Shown here one piece after another: positions 17,957-28,198 of a stretch of DNA of 64,000 bases. The notes below the pieces were generated by a model. It was not told the origin of the DNA and ran no database searches. It saw only the letters and a program-made list of their open reading frames with translations. The stretch comes from an uncultured Thermoproteaceae archaeon. GTDB taxonomy: Archaea; Thermoproteota; Thermoprotei; Thermoproteales; Thermocladiaceae. The stretch is from the NCBI GenBank assembly GCA_964575955.1, contig CAZNTG010000003.1, positions 32,001 through 96,000 on the forward strand. Direction: 5' to 3'. Numbering within the stretch: the first letter of the stretch is position 1; every line of letters begins with the position of its first letter. A program made the position numbers and the translations under genes.

Positions 17957-19681
17957 GTGGCTAGATTTGTAGTATTGAGAAATGCGTGTGTTGTAGATCC
18001 TGTACAGGATATTGATTGTGAAATAATGGATATATGTGTAGATGTTGAAAATGGGAGAATTGTAGATTGTTCTGAAGTGAGTAGTGATGTTGAGATTATT
18101 GATGTTAATGGTAGATTAACTATGGCTGGTGGTATTGATATTCATACACATGTTGCTGGTCCAAAGATAAATATTGCTAGACTTATGAGACCTGAAGATC
18201 ACTATACTACAAATGTCTCAGCCTTTAAATATCCTAGAGGTCATTGTGGTAAATCTACACCCACAGTGATTAGAACTGGTTATAGATATGCACAGATGGG
18301 TTATACTTTAATTTGTGAAGCTGCTAGTCCACCATTGAAGACTAGGCACACTCACGAGGAGTTGAATGATACTCCAATAGTTGATAAACTTGTATATGTA
18401 CTATTTGACTCAACATGGCTAGGTCTTGACTATATTGTTGAGAAGGATATAGAATCACTTGCAGCATATGTTGCATGGATGTTAGACACCGTTAAGGGAT
18501 ACACAGTTAAGCTTGTTGATCCAGGTGCAGATATGGCATGGTTCTACGGTTATGGTCTATATTTTGATATTGATGATCAAGTTCCTGAGTATGGTGTAAC
18601 TCCTAGAGAGATTATTGATGCGTATTCTAGAGTTGCACAAATTCTAAATCTTCCACATAGTATTCATGTACATACTAACAAGCTTGGAATACCTGGAAAC
18701 TATGTAACACTATTAGAGACTTTTAGAACAGGTGAGAGAAGTGTACTATATGATAGACTTGTACTACATGTAACACATGTACAGTTTAGTGCTTATAAAG
18801 GTGATTGTTGGTATAATTTTGCAGGTGCTAGTGAGGAAGTTGTTAAAGAACTTGAACGTTCACCACACACATCTATAGATCTTGGACAGGTAAGTTTTGG
18901 TGAAACGACAACGATGACAGCTGATGCACCTTTCGAATTTATACTATACCACTTGAGGAAGTGGAAAGTTGTTCTTCACGATATTGAAGCTGAGACAGCT
19001 ACAGGTATTGTGCCATATAGATATCGTAAGTCTAGTTTTGTAAATTGTATACAGTGGAGTATTGGTCTTGAAATTGCGTTAATGGCTTCTGAAAATTTAA
19101 AATGGAGAATAGTATTATCTTCAGATCATCCAAATGCAGGACCATTCACTAGGTATCCACTAATAATGATGTGGCTTATGAGTAGAAAGGCACGTGAAGA
19201 AGAGATGAAGAAGATGCCTAGTAAAGCTATACGTAGAATGATACTTCCATCGATAGATAGAGAGTATACTTTTAGAGATATTGCAATTATTACGAGAGCA
19301 GCACCTGCAAGAATTCTAGGTCTTGAAGATAGGGGAAATTTAAAACCTGGATCGATAGCAGATATAGCAATATATGATATAGATCCTAGAAATGTTGATC
19401 CATCTACAGAATATTCAAAAGTCTATAATGCACTTAGAAGAGCATGGCTAGTACTTAAAGATGGTAAGATCGTTGTTAAGAATGGTGAGATAGTTCAAGA
19501 ACATGTAGGAAAAACACTCTACGTTAAAGTTAAGGTTCGTGAAGATCTATATAACAAGGTTAAGAGAGAGATAGAGGATAGATTTAGAAAATACTATTCA
19601 ATACATCCTTCAAGCTTCAAAATATCTCTAAAAGAAATTTCAAATCCATATCCAATAACTAGAACTTCAAAATTGATCTAA
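17957..19681 (+). CDS. fwdA: Formylmethanofuran dehydrogenase subunit A (amidohydrolase subunit)
   Basis: GGIDIHTHVAGPKIN..RLMRPEDH, YAQMGYT, HTHEELNDTP, HSIHVH.N.LG.PGNY, HVTHVQF, TTTMTAD, DHPNAGPFTRYP. Confidence 0.93.
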   Translation: MARFVVLRNACVVDPVQDIDCEIMDICVDVENGRIVDCSEVSSDVEIIDVNGRLTMAGGIDIHTHVAGPKINIARLMRPEDHYTTNVSAFKYPRGHCGKSTPTVIRTGYRYAQMGYTLICEAASPPLKTRHTHEELNDTPIVDKLVYVLFDSTWLGLDYIVEKDIESLAAYVAWMLDTVKGYTVKLVDPGADMAWFYGYGLYFDIDDQVPEYGVTPREIIDAYSRVAQILNLPHSIHVHTNKLGIPGNYVTLLETFRTGERSVLYDRLVLHVTHVQFSAYKGDCWYNFAGASEEVVKELERSPHTSIDLGQVSFGETTTMTADAPFEFILYHLRKWKVVLHDIEAETATGIVPYRYRKSSFVNCIQWSIGLEIALMASENLKWRIVLSSDHPNAGPFTRYPLIMMWLMSRKAREEEMKKMPSKAIRRMILPSIDREYTFRDIAIITRAAPARILGLEDRGNLKPGSIADIAIYDIDPRNVDPSTEYSKVYNALRRAWLVLKDGKIVVKNGEIVQEHVGKTLYVKVKVREDLYNKVKREIEDRFRKYYSIHPSSFKISLKEISNPYPITRTSKLI

Positions 19682-20768
19682 CTATAAGTGATATACCTAC
19701 TATAAACATCGTAATAACATATAGAATACATACACAATATCCAAAGTTTAGAAGGTATGGAAATAGTATAGAAATTGTGAATAATCCTGAGAATATTCCA
19801 GTACTAACTACAGAATATACTTTAGGATCTTTAACATGTATAGCGTAACCTCTAAACCATACTTCAACAATTGCTAGAGATATTCCATATAGAATTCCCA
19901 CGATTATAGGATTATTGTAGAATATTACTGATAATATTGATGTTGTAGGTATTATACATGTTATAAGTATTGAACTTCTAAACTTTGTAAATATACCTAC
20001 AGGTATTGAAAATATTGTAGATACTATTGAACTTAATATAAACATTATAAGACCATAATACACATTTCCAGATGTTAAAGACATGTATTGAATACCTATG
20101 ATTGGGAAGAGTGTTGAAGATATTATCAATACTCCAAGACAGTACAATATTGATCTTCTACTTATAGTTCTACTATGTTCAACATTTACATCTACATAAC
20201 TCTTCACATTAAACTTATGTAGTCTATATATGACATATGTTAAGCATAATATTAAGATTATGTAAGATATTGAAAATATTTCAAATATCTTTACTAGAAA
20301 ATCTCTACTATTCATGACTAGTAGCATCAATATAGGTCCTAATGTAGCTCCAGCCTGATCTAGAGCTTCAACAATTCCAAAACTCTTTCCAACATCTTTA
20401 GATATTAATTTAATTACTATATCTCTTGATGGTCCTCTAATTCCTTTTCCAAATCTTTCAAATATGTATGATATTGTTATTGTGTTTATTGATAATGTTG
20501 TTGTTGGTATTATTAAACTTCCTGTTAGTATATATCCTAATACGTATTCTAGTATTGGTGTTGTTTTTAATATTGTTGTTATTGATCCTAAGATTCTTCC
20601 TATAAGTACTGTTAAATCACCTAAACCCCATATAGTACATGCCTGTACTATATTACCACCAGCTTCACGTACGAATATGTACATTATTGATCTAAATCCT
20701 TCATATATGAAATCTGCTATAAAGCATATGAGACCTATAGATATTATTGTTATTAACTTCCTATTCAT
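19659..20768 (-). CDS. MFS transporter
   Basis: ADFIYEGFRS, ERFGKGIRGPSRD, EALDQAGATLGP; many TM segments. Confidence 0.85.
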   Translation of the reverse strand: MNRKLITIISIGLICFIADFIYEGFRSIMYIFVREAGGNIVQACTIWGLGDLTVLIGRILGSITTILKTTPILEYVLGYILTGSLIIPTTTLSINTITISYIFERFGKGIRGPSRDIVIKLISKDVGKSFGIVEALDQAGATLGPILMLLVMNSRDFLVKIFEIFSISYIILILCLTYVIYRLHKFNVKSYVDVNVEHSRTISRRSILYCLGVLIISSTLFPIIGIQYMSLTSGNVYYGLIMFILSSIVSTIFSIPVGIFTKFRSSILITCIIPTTSILSVIFYNNPIIVGILYGISLAIVEVWFRGYAIHVKDPKVYSVVSTGIFSGLFTISILFPYLLNFGYCVCILYVITMFIVGISLIVRSILKF

Positions 20769-20980
20769 TTCTCTCTTCTTCTCTTTCTCTCTTCTCTAAG
20801 TATTGAATATATTGTAAGTATAACTCCAATAACTAGGTAGATGTATGCTATCTCTGCTATCTTATTTGCAGCATTTTCATAACCTAATGCTAGTTCCACT
20901 GCTGCAATTACTATCAAGATCATGAATGCTATTATGAATGGTCTTTCAGGATTTTGTAATATTTGTCTTAATGAGCTCAT
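20765..20980 (-). CDS. Small two-TM membrane protein
   Basis: Two hydrophobic helices, basic tail; stop overlaps MFS start. Confidence 0.7.
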   Translation of the reverse strand: MSSLRQILQNPERPFIIAFMILIVIAAVELALGYENAANKIAEIAYIYLVIGVILTIYSILREERKRRREK

Positions 20981-21037
20981 CTAGCAATATTCTACATGTG
21001 GGAGCGTTTATTAATGTGTTATACTGTGTCTAGCTAG

Positions 21038-22972
21038 ATGAGTAGTAAGCCTTTCAGTTTTACCTATATTCTACATTGGTCTCCTGATCATAATGTTCCA
21101 ATTTTAAATCCTCATAAAGCACATAGATTTTCATCATTTTTCTTAAGAATTAGATTGACAGAGCCTGGTGATGTTAGACCTGCATCAATGTACGATATAT
21201 TGACTATTAGAGAGGCAATTTATAGAGAGTTTAATGATTGGAAAGTTGTTAATTTGTTAATACCTGAGAATAGTGTTGTACTTCTAAATAAGATTCCTGG
21301 ATATCCTGATGAGGCTGATGAAGTTATTGTTAATGGTGAACTTATTGGTCATAGATGGTATGACCCTATAGAACATGTATGGAGATTTAGACCAATACTA
21401 TATGGAGCTTCTAAAATCTTAGATAATAAAGTTGGATATTACGCAATTGTTGATTTACCTAAGTTAAGTAGAGGTTTTGAAGTTCATAGAGACAAGATAG
21501 TTTCTGCAGAACTACCACCAAGGAAGGGAATGATTGTCGTAGTTTCAACAAGAGATGGAAAGTGGCATGGTATTGCAAGACTTGTAAGAAGTAGAAGACT
21601 CTACATCATTAAAGCTTGGAGAAGTGTTAAATCTCACTATATAGATGTTAAAGCAACAATAAAAGACATCTTAGAAATTAATGAAGAAGAGCTTGAATCA
21701 ATGTATAGTAAATCTATAAAATTTCTAAAAAGTGTATTTGAAAAATATAGAAATCGTAAAGTTGTAGTATCTTATAGTGGTGGTAAGGATAGTCTTGTAG
21801 TTCTAGATTTAGTTAATGATATTTTGAAAGATTACTATGTAATTTTTAATGATACAACATTAGAACTTCCTGATACTTACAAGAACATATTTGAAGTAGC
21901 TAATAGGTATGGTATTGATATTATTATTGCAAGAGCAAGAACAAATTTCTTTAAAATTTTAAAATCACTCCTATTACCATCTAGAGATTTTAGATATTGT
22001 TGTAAAATGCTTAAATTAGCACCAATATCACAGACTTTAAAGAGAATAGCACCAACAGGTAGTTTAAGTATTACAGGTCAGAGAAAGTATGAATCATCAC
22101 TTAGAGCTAGACTTCCACAAATATCTACATCTAGATGGGTTGCAAATACTGTAGTTGTTGCACCAATTAATGATTGGACTAGTCTACATGTTTGGCTATA
22201 CATATATTGGAGAAGATTACCATACAATAAGGCTTATGATAAAGGTTTTGATAGAATTGGATGTTGGATATGTCCTGCAAATGAGATATCTGAGATAGAA
22301 CTTGCATGTAGACATTATCAAAATCTATCAGATATATTTAATAGAGTTTTAGAAATATTAAAATTAAACAATGTAGATGATATATGTAGAATATGTGGAT
22401 TATGGAGATGGAGACAGAAAATTCCTGGTGATGTGAAGAGATTTCTAGAATCTAAATTTAAGAAGGTAGATATAGAGAGTATACATTCTAAATATATTGA
22501 AAATGCACTACCAATATCAGTTAGAAAGTTTAATTCTAAATTTATGATATATCTAAGAAGAGTCTTAGATGATATTGATATCTGTATTGATAGATTATTA
22601 AAATTCCTATACACTTTAAAGGATGTATCTGAGGTATGTAGAGATAGGAATATCATACATATACATACAGCTAAGCTAGATATCGATATTAAGTATAGTG
22701 TAGAAAATCTTGATAGTGTTAGTATTGAATTAGAATTTAACAATTATGATTTTGATATTATTGTCCAGATTTTTAGAGTATTAGCTAGATCTTTCTACTG
22801 TTCTAAATGTGGTCTTTGTGAATCTTGGTGTTCTAGATCTGCAATTTATGTAGATTCTAATATTGATATTATCTTTGATAGATGTTCTAGATGTGGTCTC
22901 TGTAATATTGTTTGTCCAATAGCTGAATATCTAATTTCTAGATCAGGTATTTTGAAAATTTTTAAGGCTTGA
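21038..22972 (+). CDS. PAPS-reductase-family protein with PUA-like N-terminus and C-terminal ferredoxin (2x4Fe-4S)
   Basis: SYSGGKDS PP-loop, RYCC..LK, G.RKYES..R, GFDRIGCWICP, CSKCGLCESWC and CSRCGLCNIVCP. Confidence 0.88.
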   Translation: MSSKPFSFTYILHWSPDHNVPILNPHKAHRFSSFFLRIRLTEPGDVRPASMYDILTIREAIYREFNDWKVVNLLIPENSVVLLNKIPGYPDEADEVIVNGELIGHRWYDPIEHVWRFRPILYGASKILDNKVGYYAIVDLPKLSRGFEVHRDKIVSAELPPRKGMIVVVSTRDGKWHGIARLVRSRRLYIIKAWRSVKSHYIDVKATIKDILEINEEELESMYSKSIKFLKSVFEKYRNRKVVVSYSGGKDSLVVLDLVNDILKDYYVIFNDTTLELPDTYKNIFEVANRYGIDIIIARARTNFFKILKSLLLPSRDFRYCCKMLKLAPISQTLKRIAPTGSLSITGQRKYESSLRARLPQISTSRWVANTVVVAPINDWTSLHVWLYIYWRRLPYNKAYDKGFDRIGCWICPANEISEIELACRHYQNLSDIFNRVLEILKLNNVDDICRICGLWRWRQKIPGDVKRFLESKFKKVDIESIHSKYIENALPISVRKFNSKFMIYLRRVLDDIDICIDRLLKFLYTLKDVSEVCRDRNIIHIHTAKLDIDIKYSVENLDSVSIELEFNNYDFDIIVQIFRVLARSFYCSKCGLCESWCSRSAIYVDSNIDIIFDRCSRCGLCNIVCPIAEYLISRSGILKIFKA

Positions 22973-22975
22973 GAT

Positions 22976-23860
22976 GTGTCTGTCTTAGAAATGTCTAACT
23001 ATCCTCATATTGAGATTGTTGATGATAGACCTATTCTAAAGTTTGGAAACTCTACGTACATTATTCCAAAGTTGAAGCATGGTGTGATATTTTTGATGAT
23101 TAGTACTATTGCTAGACAATATGCAGATTGTGAATATAGGATACATCTAGACTATTCTAAAGGTAGAACTATTAGAAGAGAGATGATTGATGGTATAGTT
23201 GAACATCGTAGGCAGTTGAAAGTTGGATATAGTTTTGATGATGTTGATATAGATCCAAAACCTGGAGATAAGATACCAATATTGATAAATGTTGGTTTTG
23301 ATGGAATTACATATTTTAACTATGTAATGCGTGAGAGATGGATTATAAATCTACTAAATAGTTCTAACATGGATAGAAAATTCATAAGAGAACCAACAGC
23401 TGTAATAGTTTTTAATAATGTTCCAATACTTGCACAACCTGACTTATTAATACTTAATAGTGGTAAAGTTAGATTGATAGTTGAGTTAAAAACCTGTAAA
23501 GATGATTCAAGGAAGATTAGTAGAAGTGATATTATTCAAGCATCATTATATGGCTATGTATTTGATAAGCTTAATATAGATTTTGAAGGTATAATGTTAG
23601 TGAAATTGAGAAGAGGTTCAAAGATAAGTATATTAGATAGTTTAGATTTCATCTTAAAGAATTTTGAAAGTTGTAGAAATTTCTATAGTAGAGATATATC
23701 AATTGTAAATGTTAAGTATAGTAGAGATGTTTGTGAAAAGATTATAGATTGGGCTCTACAATATTGGCTTCATCTAAGAAATCCACAGCCAAAACCTAGT
23801 GATAGATGTAGATTTTGTAGTCATAGACATATATGTGGATTCTCTAGATATACTAGATAA
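22976..23860 (+). CDS. Second solo Cas4/Exo5-like PD-(D/E)XK nuclease
   Basis: QYADCEY..AQPD..IVELKT..QASLY..DWALQYW..CRFCSHRHIC. Confidence 0.78.
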   Translation: MSVLEMSNYPHIEIVDDRPILKFGNSTYIIPKLKHGVIFLMISTIARQYADCEYRIHLDYSKGRTIRREMIDGIVEHRRQLKVGYSFDDVDIDPKPGDKIPILINVGFDGITYFNYVMRERWIINLLNSSNMDRKFIREPTAVIVFNNVPILAQPDLLILNSGKVRLIVELKTCKDDSRKISRSDIIQASLYGYVFDKLNIDFEGIMLVKLRRGSKISILDSLDFILKNFESCRNFYSRDISIVNVKYSRDVCEKIIDWALQYWLHLRNPQPKPSDRCRFCSHRHICGFSRYTR

Positions 23861-23866
23861 AGACTT

Positions 23867-24727
23867 ATGACTAAGGTTAGTGTAGTACTTCTCGAATCTA
23901 TATTTGATGAAGATAATGTTAGACTTGTTGCAGATATTGTTGATAGATGTATACATAAGATAGATACGCTACTTCTACCAATACCTGAAGAGCTAATCCA
24001 AATATCATTTAGAGGATATATAGATTATAGAACTGTAGATCAGGTAGCTGATAAACTAGTAGAGACTTATGAAAATAGGATAATTCAGATAAGACCATTA
24101 ACAAGAATTTTAAAACCATTAATAGAAGTTCTATATAAAGCATTAACAGTAAATCCTGAGTTAGAAATATTGACAACATATTCTATGGAGAAATTAAGGA
24201 ATGGTGAAATAACAACAATAGATATAATATCTTTAACAATGAGTATTGACAGATTTCTAAAGAAGATAGATAACATACATGACAAGGTTAGAAATATGAT
24301 AGATAACACAATCTTAAACATACAAAATATACTTAGAAGAATATTCTCAAAAACATATAGAAAATGTATAATAATTCCATCATCATGTTCTGAATGCTTA
24401 ATATTGAGAGAATTAATGTTTGAAAAATATTCTAACATGAGTATAGATATAGTATCTACATGTAGTAAAGTTATACCACCATCACAACTCATATATATGG
24501 CAATATATGTTAAAGATAGTGAATTAATTAGGAAAATTCATCCATATTATAGAGATTTTATACTAAACTATCTCATAATTTCAAATACAATACATGAGGC
24601 GTATGTTAAGTATTTAAGAGATAATTTACATAGCTATTACAGTGTTATGATGGATACAGTTGAGAAGTTTAGGAATGTTATAAAATTAAAGTTTTCAAAT
24701 CAGAGTAGGATTTCAATATCTGCATAA
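23867..24727 (+). CDS. Hypothetical protein
   Basis: 286-aa ORF tightly packed behind the nuclease; no motif recognised. Confidence 0.65.
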   Translation: MTKVSVVLLESIFDEDNVRLVADIVDRCIHKIDTLLLPIPEELIQISFRGYIDYRTVDQVADKLVETYENRIIQIRPLTRILKPLIEVLYKALTVNPELEILTTYSMEKLRNGEITTIDIISLTMSIDRFLKKIDNIHDKVRNMIDNTILNIQNILRRIFSKTYRKCIIIPSSCSECLILRELMFEKYSNMSIDIVSTCSKVIPPSQLIYMAIYVKDSELIRKIHPYYRDFILNYLIISNTIHEAYVKYLRDNLHSYYSVMMDTVEKFRNVIKLKFSNQSRISISA

Positions 24728-25695
24728 TATTCTAACATCTTTAAACTTATCAATTCTCTATGAAGTATGTTATCGTCGTAGTACCTAACTTTTAATCTGT
24801 ATGGTCCTACTTCTTCAACTTCAATTCCGTGAGTTGATAATACTTCTTTTAATGTTTGTGTACACTCTTCTCTACATAATATTTCTGCTTCTCTCTTAAT
24901 ACTTCCAGTTAATATTTTCTCTAGAAGTTCTATAGGTATCTCATATATACATTCTATAGTTTTTATGATTATTCTGTACACATCTCTAATACTATATTCC
25001 TGTGGTATTACTATCATTAATCCTAGACTTGATAATCCTTCAAGTACGTAATGTGAATGAGGAAGTTGTAGTAAGTCAACTTTTTCAAATATGTCACCTA
25101 TATCTAGGTCAATTTTTCTTAATATATCTTTAACATGTTTGTAAGTTTCTTCACTTGTTGATATTATGTTTATTAGAGGTTTCTTAATATCTATATTGAG
25201 TGTCTTATTACTTACTGGTAGTATTATTATACTTGGCTTTAAACCACTTATAACTCTATGTAGAATCTTACTATACTTCGACTCTAGTGTTAGTGAATCA
25301 TATATTACTTGTACTCCCTTCTCATCCATTATAGATCTTCTATATATTCTATTCTTGACTATGTATCTATTATATGCATATTTATTAACTATTGGATATA
25401 TGTCTATTTCAAACTTCTGCAATACCCTTCTAGGTAGTGCTTTTTCTATTCTTATTGTTTTTAATTGATATATTGTGTATAGTATTATTGAGTTTACTAT
25501 CTTATAGTCATATAATGAGTATCCTGATGTTATTAGTATTTTCTTACCATTTCCAATTTTGTATATTATCTCTTCTCCATACTCTGTATAAATTTTTAAA
25601 TTTTCTATATTTAGTGAATTTAGAATATTTTTAATATATTCCTCATCTAGATGTTCTAATGTTAATGCTATTGTTGGTTCTGCGTATTCTGACAT
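24700..25695 (-). CDS. Hypothetical protein, possible degenerate M14 Zn-carboxypeptidase fold
   Basis: KIGNGKKILITSG...IDIYPIVN pattern; Zn-binding HxxE not present. Confidence 0.5.
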   Translation of the reverse strand: MSEYAEPTIALTLEHLDEEYIKNILNSLNIENLKIYTEYGEEIIYKIGNGKKILITSGYSLYDYKIVNSIILYTIYQLKTIRIEKALPRRVLQKFEIDIYPIVNKYAYNRYIVKNRIYRRSIMDEKGVQVIYDSLTLESKYSKILHRVISGLKPSIIILPVSNKTLNIDIKKPLINIISTSEETYKHVKDILRKIDLDIGDIFEKVDLLQLPHSHYVLEGLSSLGLMIVIPQEYSIRDVYRIIIKTIECIYEIPIELLEKILTGSIKREAEILCREECTQTLKEVLSTHGIEVEEVGPYRLKVRYYDDNILHRELISLKMLEYYADIEILL

Positions 25696-25737
25696 ATGTT
25701 GGTAAGGATTATATTTTCCTCATTTAAACTACATCTC

Positions 25738-25796
25738 GAAGTGATGTAAGCGGTGTGTTCTGAACATGTGTGATGAATGGTGACACAACTGACTTC
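25738..25796 (+). ncRNA. C/D-box methylation guide sRNA
   Basis: C GTGATGT, D' CTGA, C' GTGATGA, D CTGA; terminal stem GAAG/CTTC; guide GCGGTGTGT is complementary to conserved 16S ACACACCGC; TTTAAA just upstream. Confidence 0.88.
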
Positions 25797-25864
25797 TTGT
25801 CATGGACTTAAAACTTATAAAGGGGGTCATAGTGCTTCGTGAGGACAAAAGCTAGCTATGTATA

Positions 25865-26353
25865 GTGGCGATGTGGGGGGTAACTCCACATCCAGGTTCA
25901 AGATATAGGGAGGATCGAGATAGAGGATCTAGACTAGTCTATGGTATACATGTGTATGGTAATTTGAGAAGATGTAATCCAGAGATTTTAAAATCTGAGG
26001 AGAAGCTTCGAAAGATTGTTGAAAATGCTGCAAAGATTGGTAATATGACTCTAATATCAATAACATCTCACAAGTTTGGTCATGATAGTGGAGTTTCTGT
26101 TATAGCTATTGTTGCTGAAAGTCACATATCTATACATACATGGCCTGAGTATGAGTATGCTACTGTTGATGTATATACGTGTGGTGCTAATTCAAGACCA
26201 ATACAATCATTTTTATACATTGCTAGAGCACTTGAAGCTAGAGATGTTGAGGTATATGTTAACGATAGGTCTCTATATATTGGCGATATTGTTGAAAATT
26301 ATGATTTTGAAAATATTGTTGAAGTTAGATCATCTAAGTTAATGAGGGAATAA
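25865..26353 (+). CDS. speH: Pyruvoyl-dependent S-adenosylmethionine decarboxylase proenzyme (crenarchaeal arginine decarboxylase paralog not excluded)
   Basis: GVSVIAIVAE/SHISIHTWPEY..ATVDVYTCG cleavage motif. Confidence 0.85.
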   Translation: MAMWGVTPHPGSRYREDRDRGSRLVYGIHVYGNLRRCNPEILKSEEKLRKIVENAAKIGNMTLISITSHKFGHDSGVSVIAIVAESHISIHTWPEYEYATVDVYTCGANSRPIQSFLYIARALEARDVEVYVNDRSLYIGDIVENYDFENIVEVRSSKLMRE

Positions 26354-26423
26354 GTATCAGTTACTTAAATCTAAAAGTTTAAAGACCTCTATTTCTCACT
26401 TCTCCTAGCGGGGCCGGTAAGTA

Positions 26424-27041
26424 ATGAGTGAACTTCAAACTTTCAAATCTGCATATCTGGAGATAGTGTCCTTTGTAAGATCTGCATTAGACCTCTTTGA
26501 GATGGATGCAATTTCAGAGTTTGTAAAAATACTACTAGATGCACAGGCTAGAGGTAGTAAGGTACTTGTCGTAGGTGTTGGTCGTTCAGGACTTGTAGCT
26601 AAGGCATTTGCAATGAGGCTTGTACATCTAGGCTTTAGAGCGTATGTTCTAGGTGAGACAATAACTCCAAGTGTTCAGCGAGGTGATGTTGTTATTGCAG
26701 TATCTGGTAGTGGTACGACAACAGTAACAGTAACTGCTGCAGATGCTGCTAAGAAGGTTGGTGCAACAGTTGTAGCAATAACAAGCTATAAGGATAGTCC
26801 ATTAGCAAAAATTGCAGATCTAGTAATATTCGTTCCAGGACGTACAAAGACTGCAAGGATAGATGACTACTTTGCAAGACAGATACTTGGAATGCATGAG
26901 CCATTAGCACCTCTAGGAACACTATTTGAGATAACTACAATGGTATTTTTTGACTCTATAGTTGCAGAATTAATGAAGAGACTTGGAAAGAGTGAGGAAG
27001 ATCTAAAGAAGGTTCATGCTAATATTGAAGTCTTTGCTTAA
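26424..27041 (+). CDS. hxlB: 6-phospho-3-hexuloisomerase
   Basis: [43 protein letters not shown]. Confidence 0.95.
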   Translation: MSELQTFKSAYLEIVSFVRSALDLFEMDAISEFVKILLDAQARGSKVLVVGVGRSGLVAKAFAMRLVHLGFRAYVLGETITPSVQRGDVVIAVSGSGTTTVTVTAADAAKKVGATVVAITSYKDSPLAKIADLVIFVPGRTKTARIDDYFARQILGMHEPLAPLGTLFEITTMVFFDSIVAELMKRLGKSEEDLKKVHANIEVFA

Positions 27042-27960
27042 GATGTAAGTAAAGTCTCAACATTGAGGTTATGTAAGACATAACCTCACTAATAGACATT
27101 GGAATTCCACTAGCAGGTCCAAGCCTAATAAAATAGTCACATACATCAACATCATCAATACACAATCCCCATCTCTCTCCACCAATTACAAACACAAGAT
27201 CTTTCACATCACACTTCTCCAATAAATCTAGCAGATCTATCTCTCCACTAGAAGTATGCATAGATAAGCACACAATCTTCCTACCTTTAAAATATCTATC
27301 AATAACATCTCTCAAATTTCTCCTAGTTATAACTCTAGTTTTTGAAATACTTAAAAACTTTTTAAATTCATTTAAAAGCCTTCTATCTCTAAATCTCAAT
27401 CTAGGATTTACTAGGTATAGTTTAATATCTAATGCTGATGCAATTCTAACACAACTAACAACTTCATGATCACTTTCAATATTACAAACTATAAAATATG
27501 GTTTAAATTTAGAAAATGTTCTATACCACTTATCTACAAAATCTAGAAACTTATCAATATCTAAACATTTTATAAATACAACCTTGAGTTTAGAATCTCT
27601 ATAAAAATCTCTAACAACTACAATATTCTCAAAATCTCTACCACTAAAACTTCTCAATAGAGATCTCAATGCAATATCACTAACTCTAGGAATTATAAAT
27701 GCATTTAAGCTCTTAGCAAAGTTTAAGATACCTTGAATATCATCTCTATCAAACTCCTGTAATACTTCACCAACCTTATCAATAAACTTTACACTTCTAA
27801 TACTATTATAAATGTAGTCTCTAGAATATACTATAGCTTCAGTTGATGTTATAGATTCAACATATTCAACACCTGGAATGTTTATCAATATGTTATTAAC
27901 ACGATTCCAATCATCTTCAGATACTATATGAATGTTAAACCATACATAGAACCTATACAT
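27019..27960 (-). CDS. SPOUT/SpoU-family RNA methyltransferase-like protein
   Basis: C-terminal [11 protein letters not shown]...CDYFIRLG knot motif; start reassigned to ATG at 27960 because the upstream part of the ORF is the tRNA. Confidence 0.7.
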   Translation of the reverse strand: MYRFYVWFNIHIVSEDDWNRVNNILINIPGVEYVESITSTEAIVYSRDYIYNSIRSVKFIDKVGEVLQEFDRDDIQGILNFAKSLNAFIIPRVSDIALRSLLRSFSGRDFENIVVVRDFYRDSKLKVVFIKCLDIDKFLDFVDKWYRTFSKFKPYFIVCNIESDHEVVSCVRIASALDIKLYLVNPRLRFRDRRLLNEFKKFLSISKTRVITRRNLRDVIDRYFKGRKIVCLSMHTSSGEIDLLDLLEKCDVKDLVFVIGGERWGLCIDDVDVCDYFIRLGPASGIPMSISEVMSYITSMLRLYLHLKQRLQY

Positions 27961-27965
27961 AGAAT

Positions 27966-28087
27966 TGGTGGGGCCGCCGGGATTTGAACCCGGGATCACT
28001 CGGGCTCTCGTACCCCACGGGCTTTTTAACATGTTGCCCGTGGGGGCATCCCAAGCCGAGCATCCTACCAGGCTAGACTACGGCCCC
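27966..28087 (-). tRNA. tRNA-Pro(TGG) with 45-nt intron at 37/38 (28005-28049), CCA encoded
   Basis: Acceptor GGGGCCG/CGGCCCC-ACCA, anticodon stem CTCGG/CCGAG, T loop TTCAAAT; canonical bulge-helix-bulge (CTTG/CGAG helix, 3-nt bulges). Confidence 0.97.
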
Positions 28088-28198
28088 CTACTTCTTGTCA
28101 TTACTAGGATTTGTATAGGGTTTTAATTCTTTTCTTTATGTCTTTAATAGTCCTGTCTTGGTTAAGCATATTACTAAAATCTACATTAACGTTTTTCC

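Noticed and set aside
7630-23860. CRISPR-Cas locus suggested by two Cas4-like genes
   Set aside because: No repeat-spacer array and no other cas genes in the window
27961-28032. N-terminal 24 aa of the tracked ORF 27019..28032
   Set aside because: It is the translation of tRNA-Pro and its intron; real start placed at 27960
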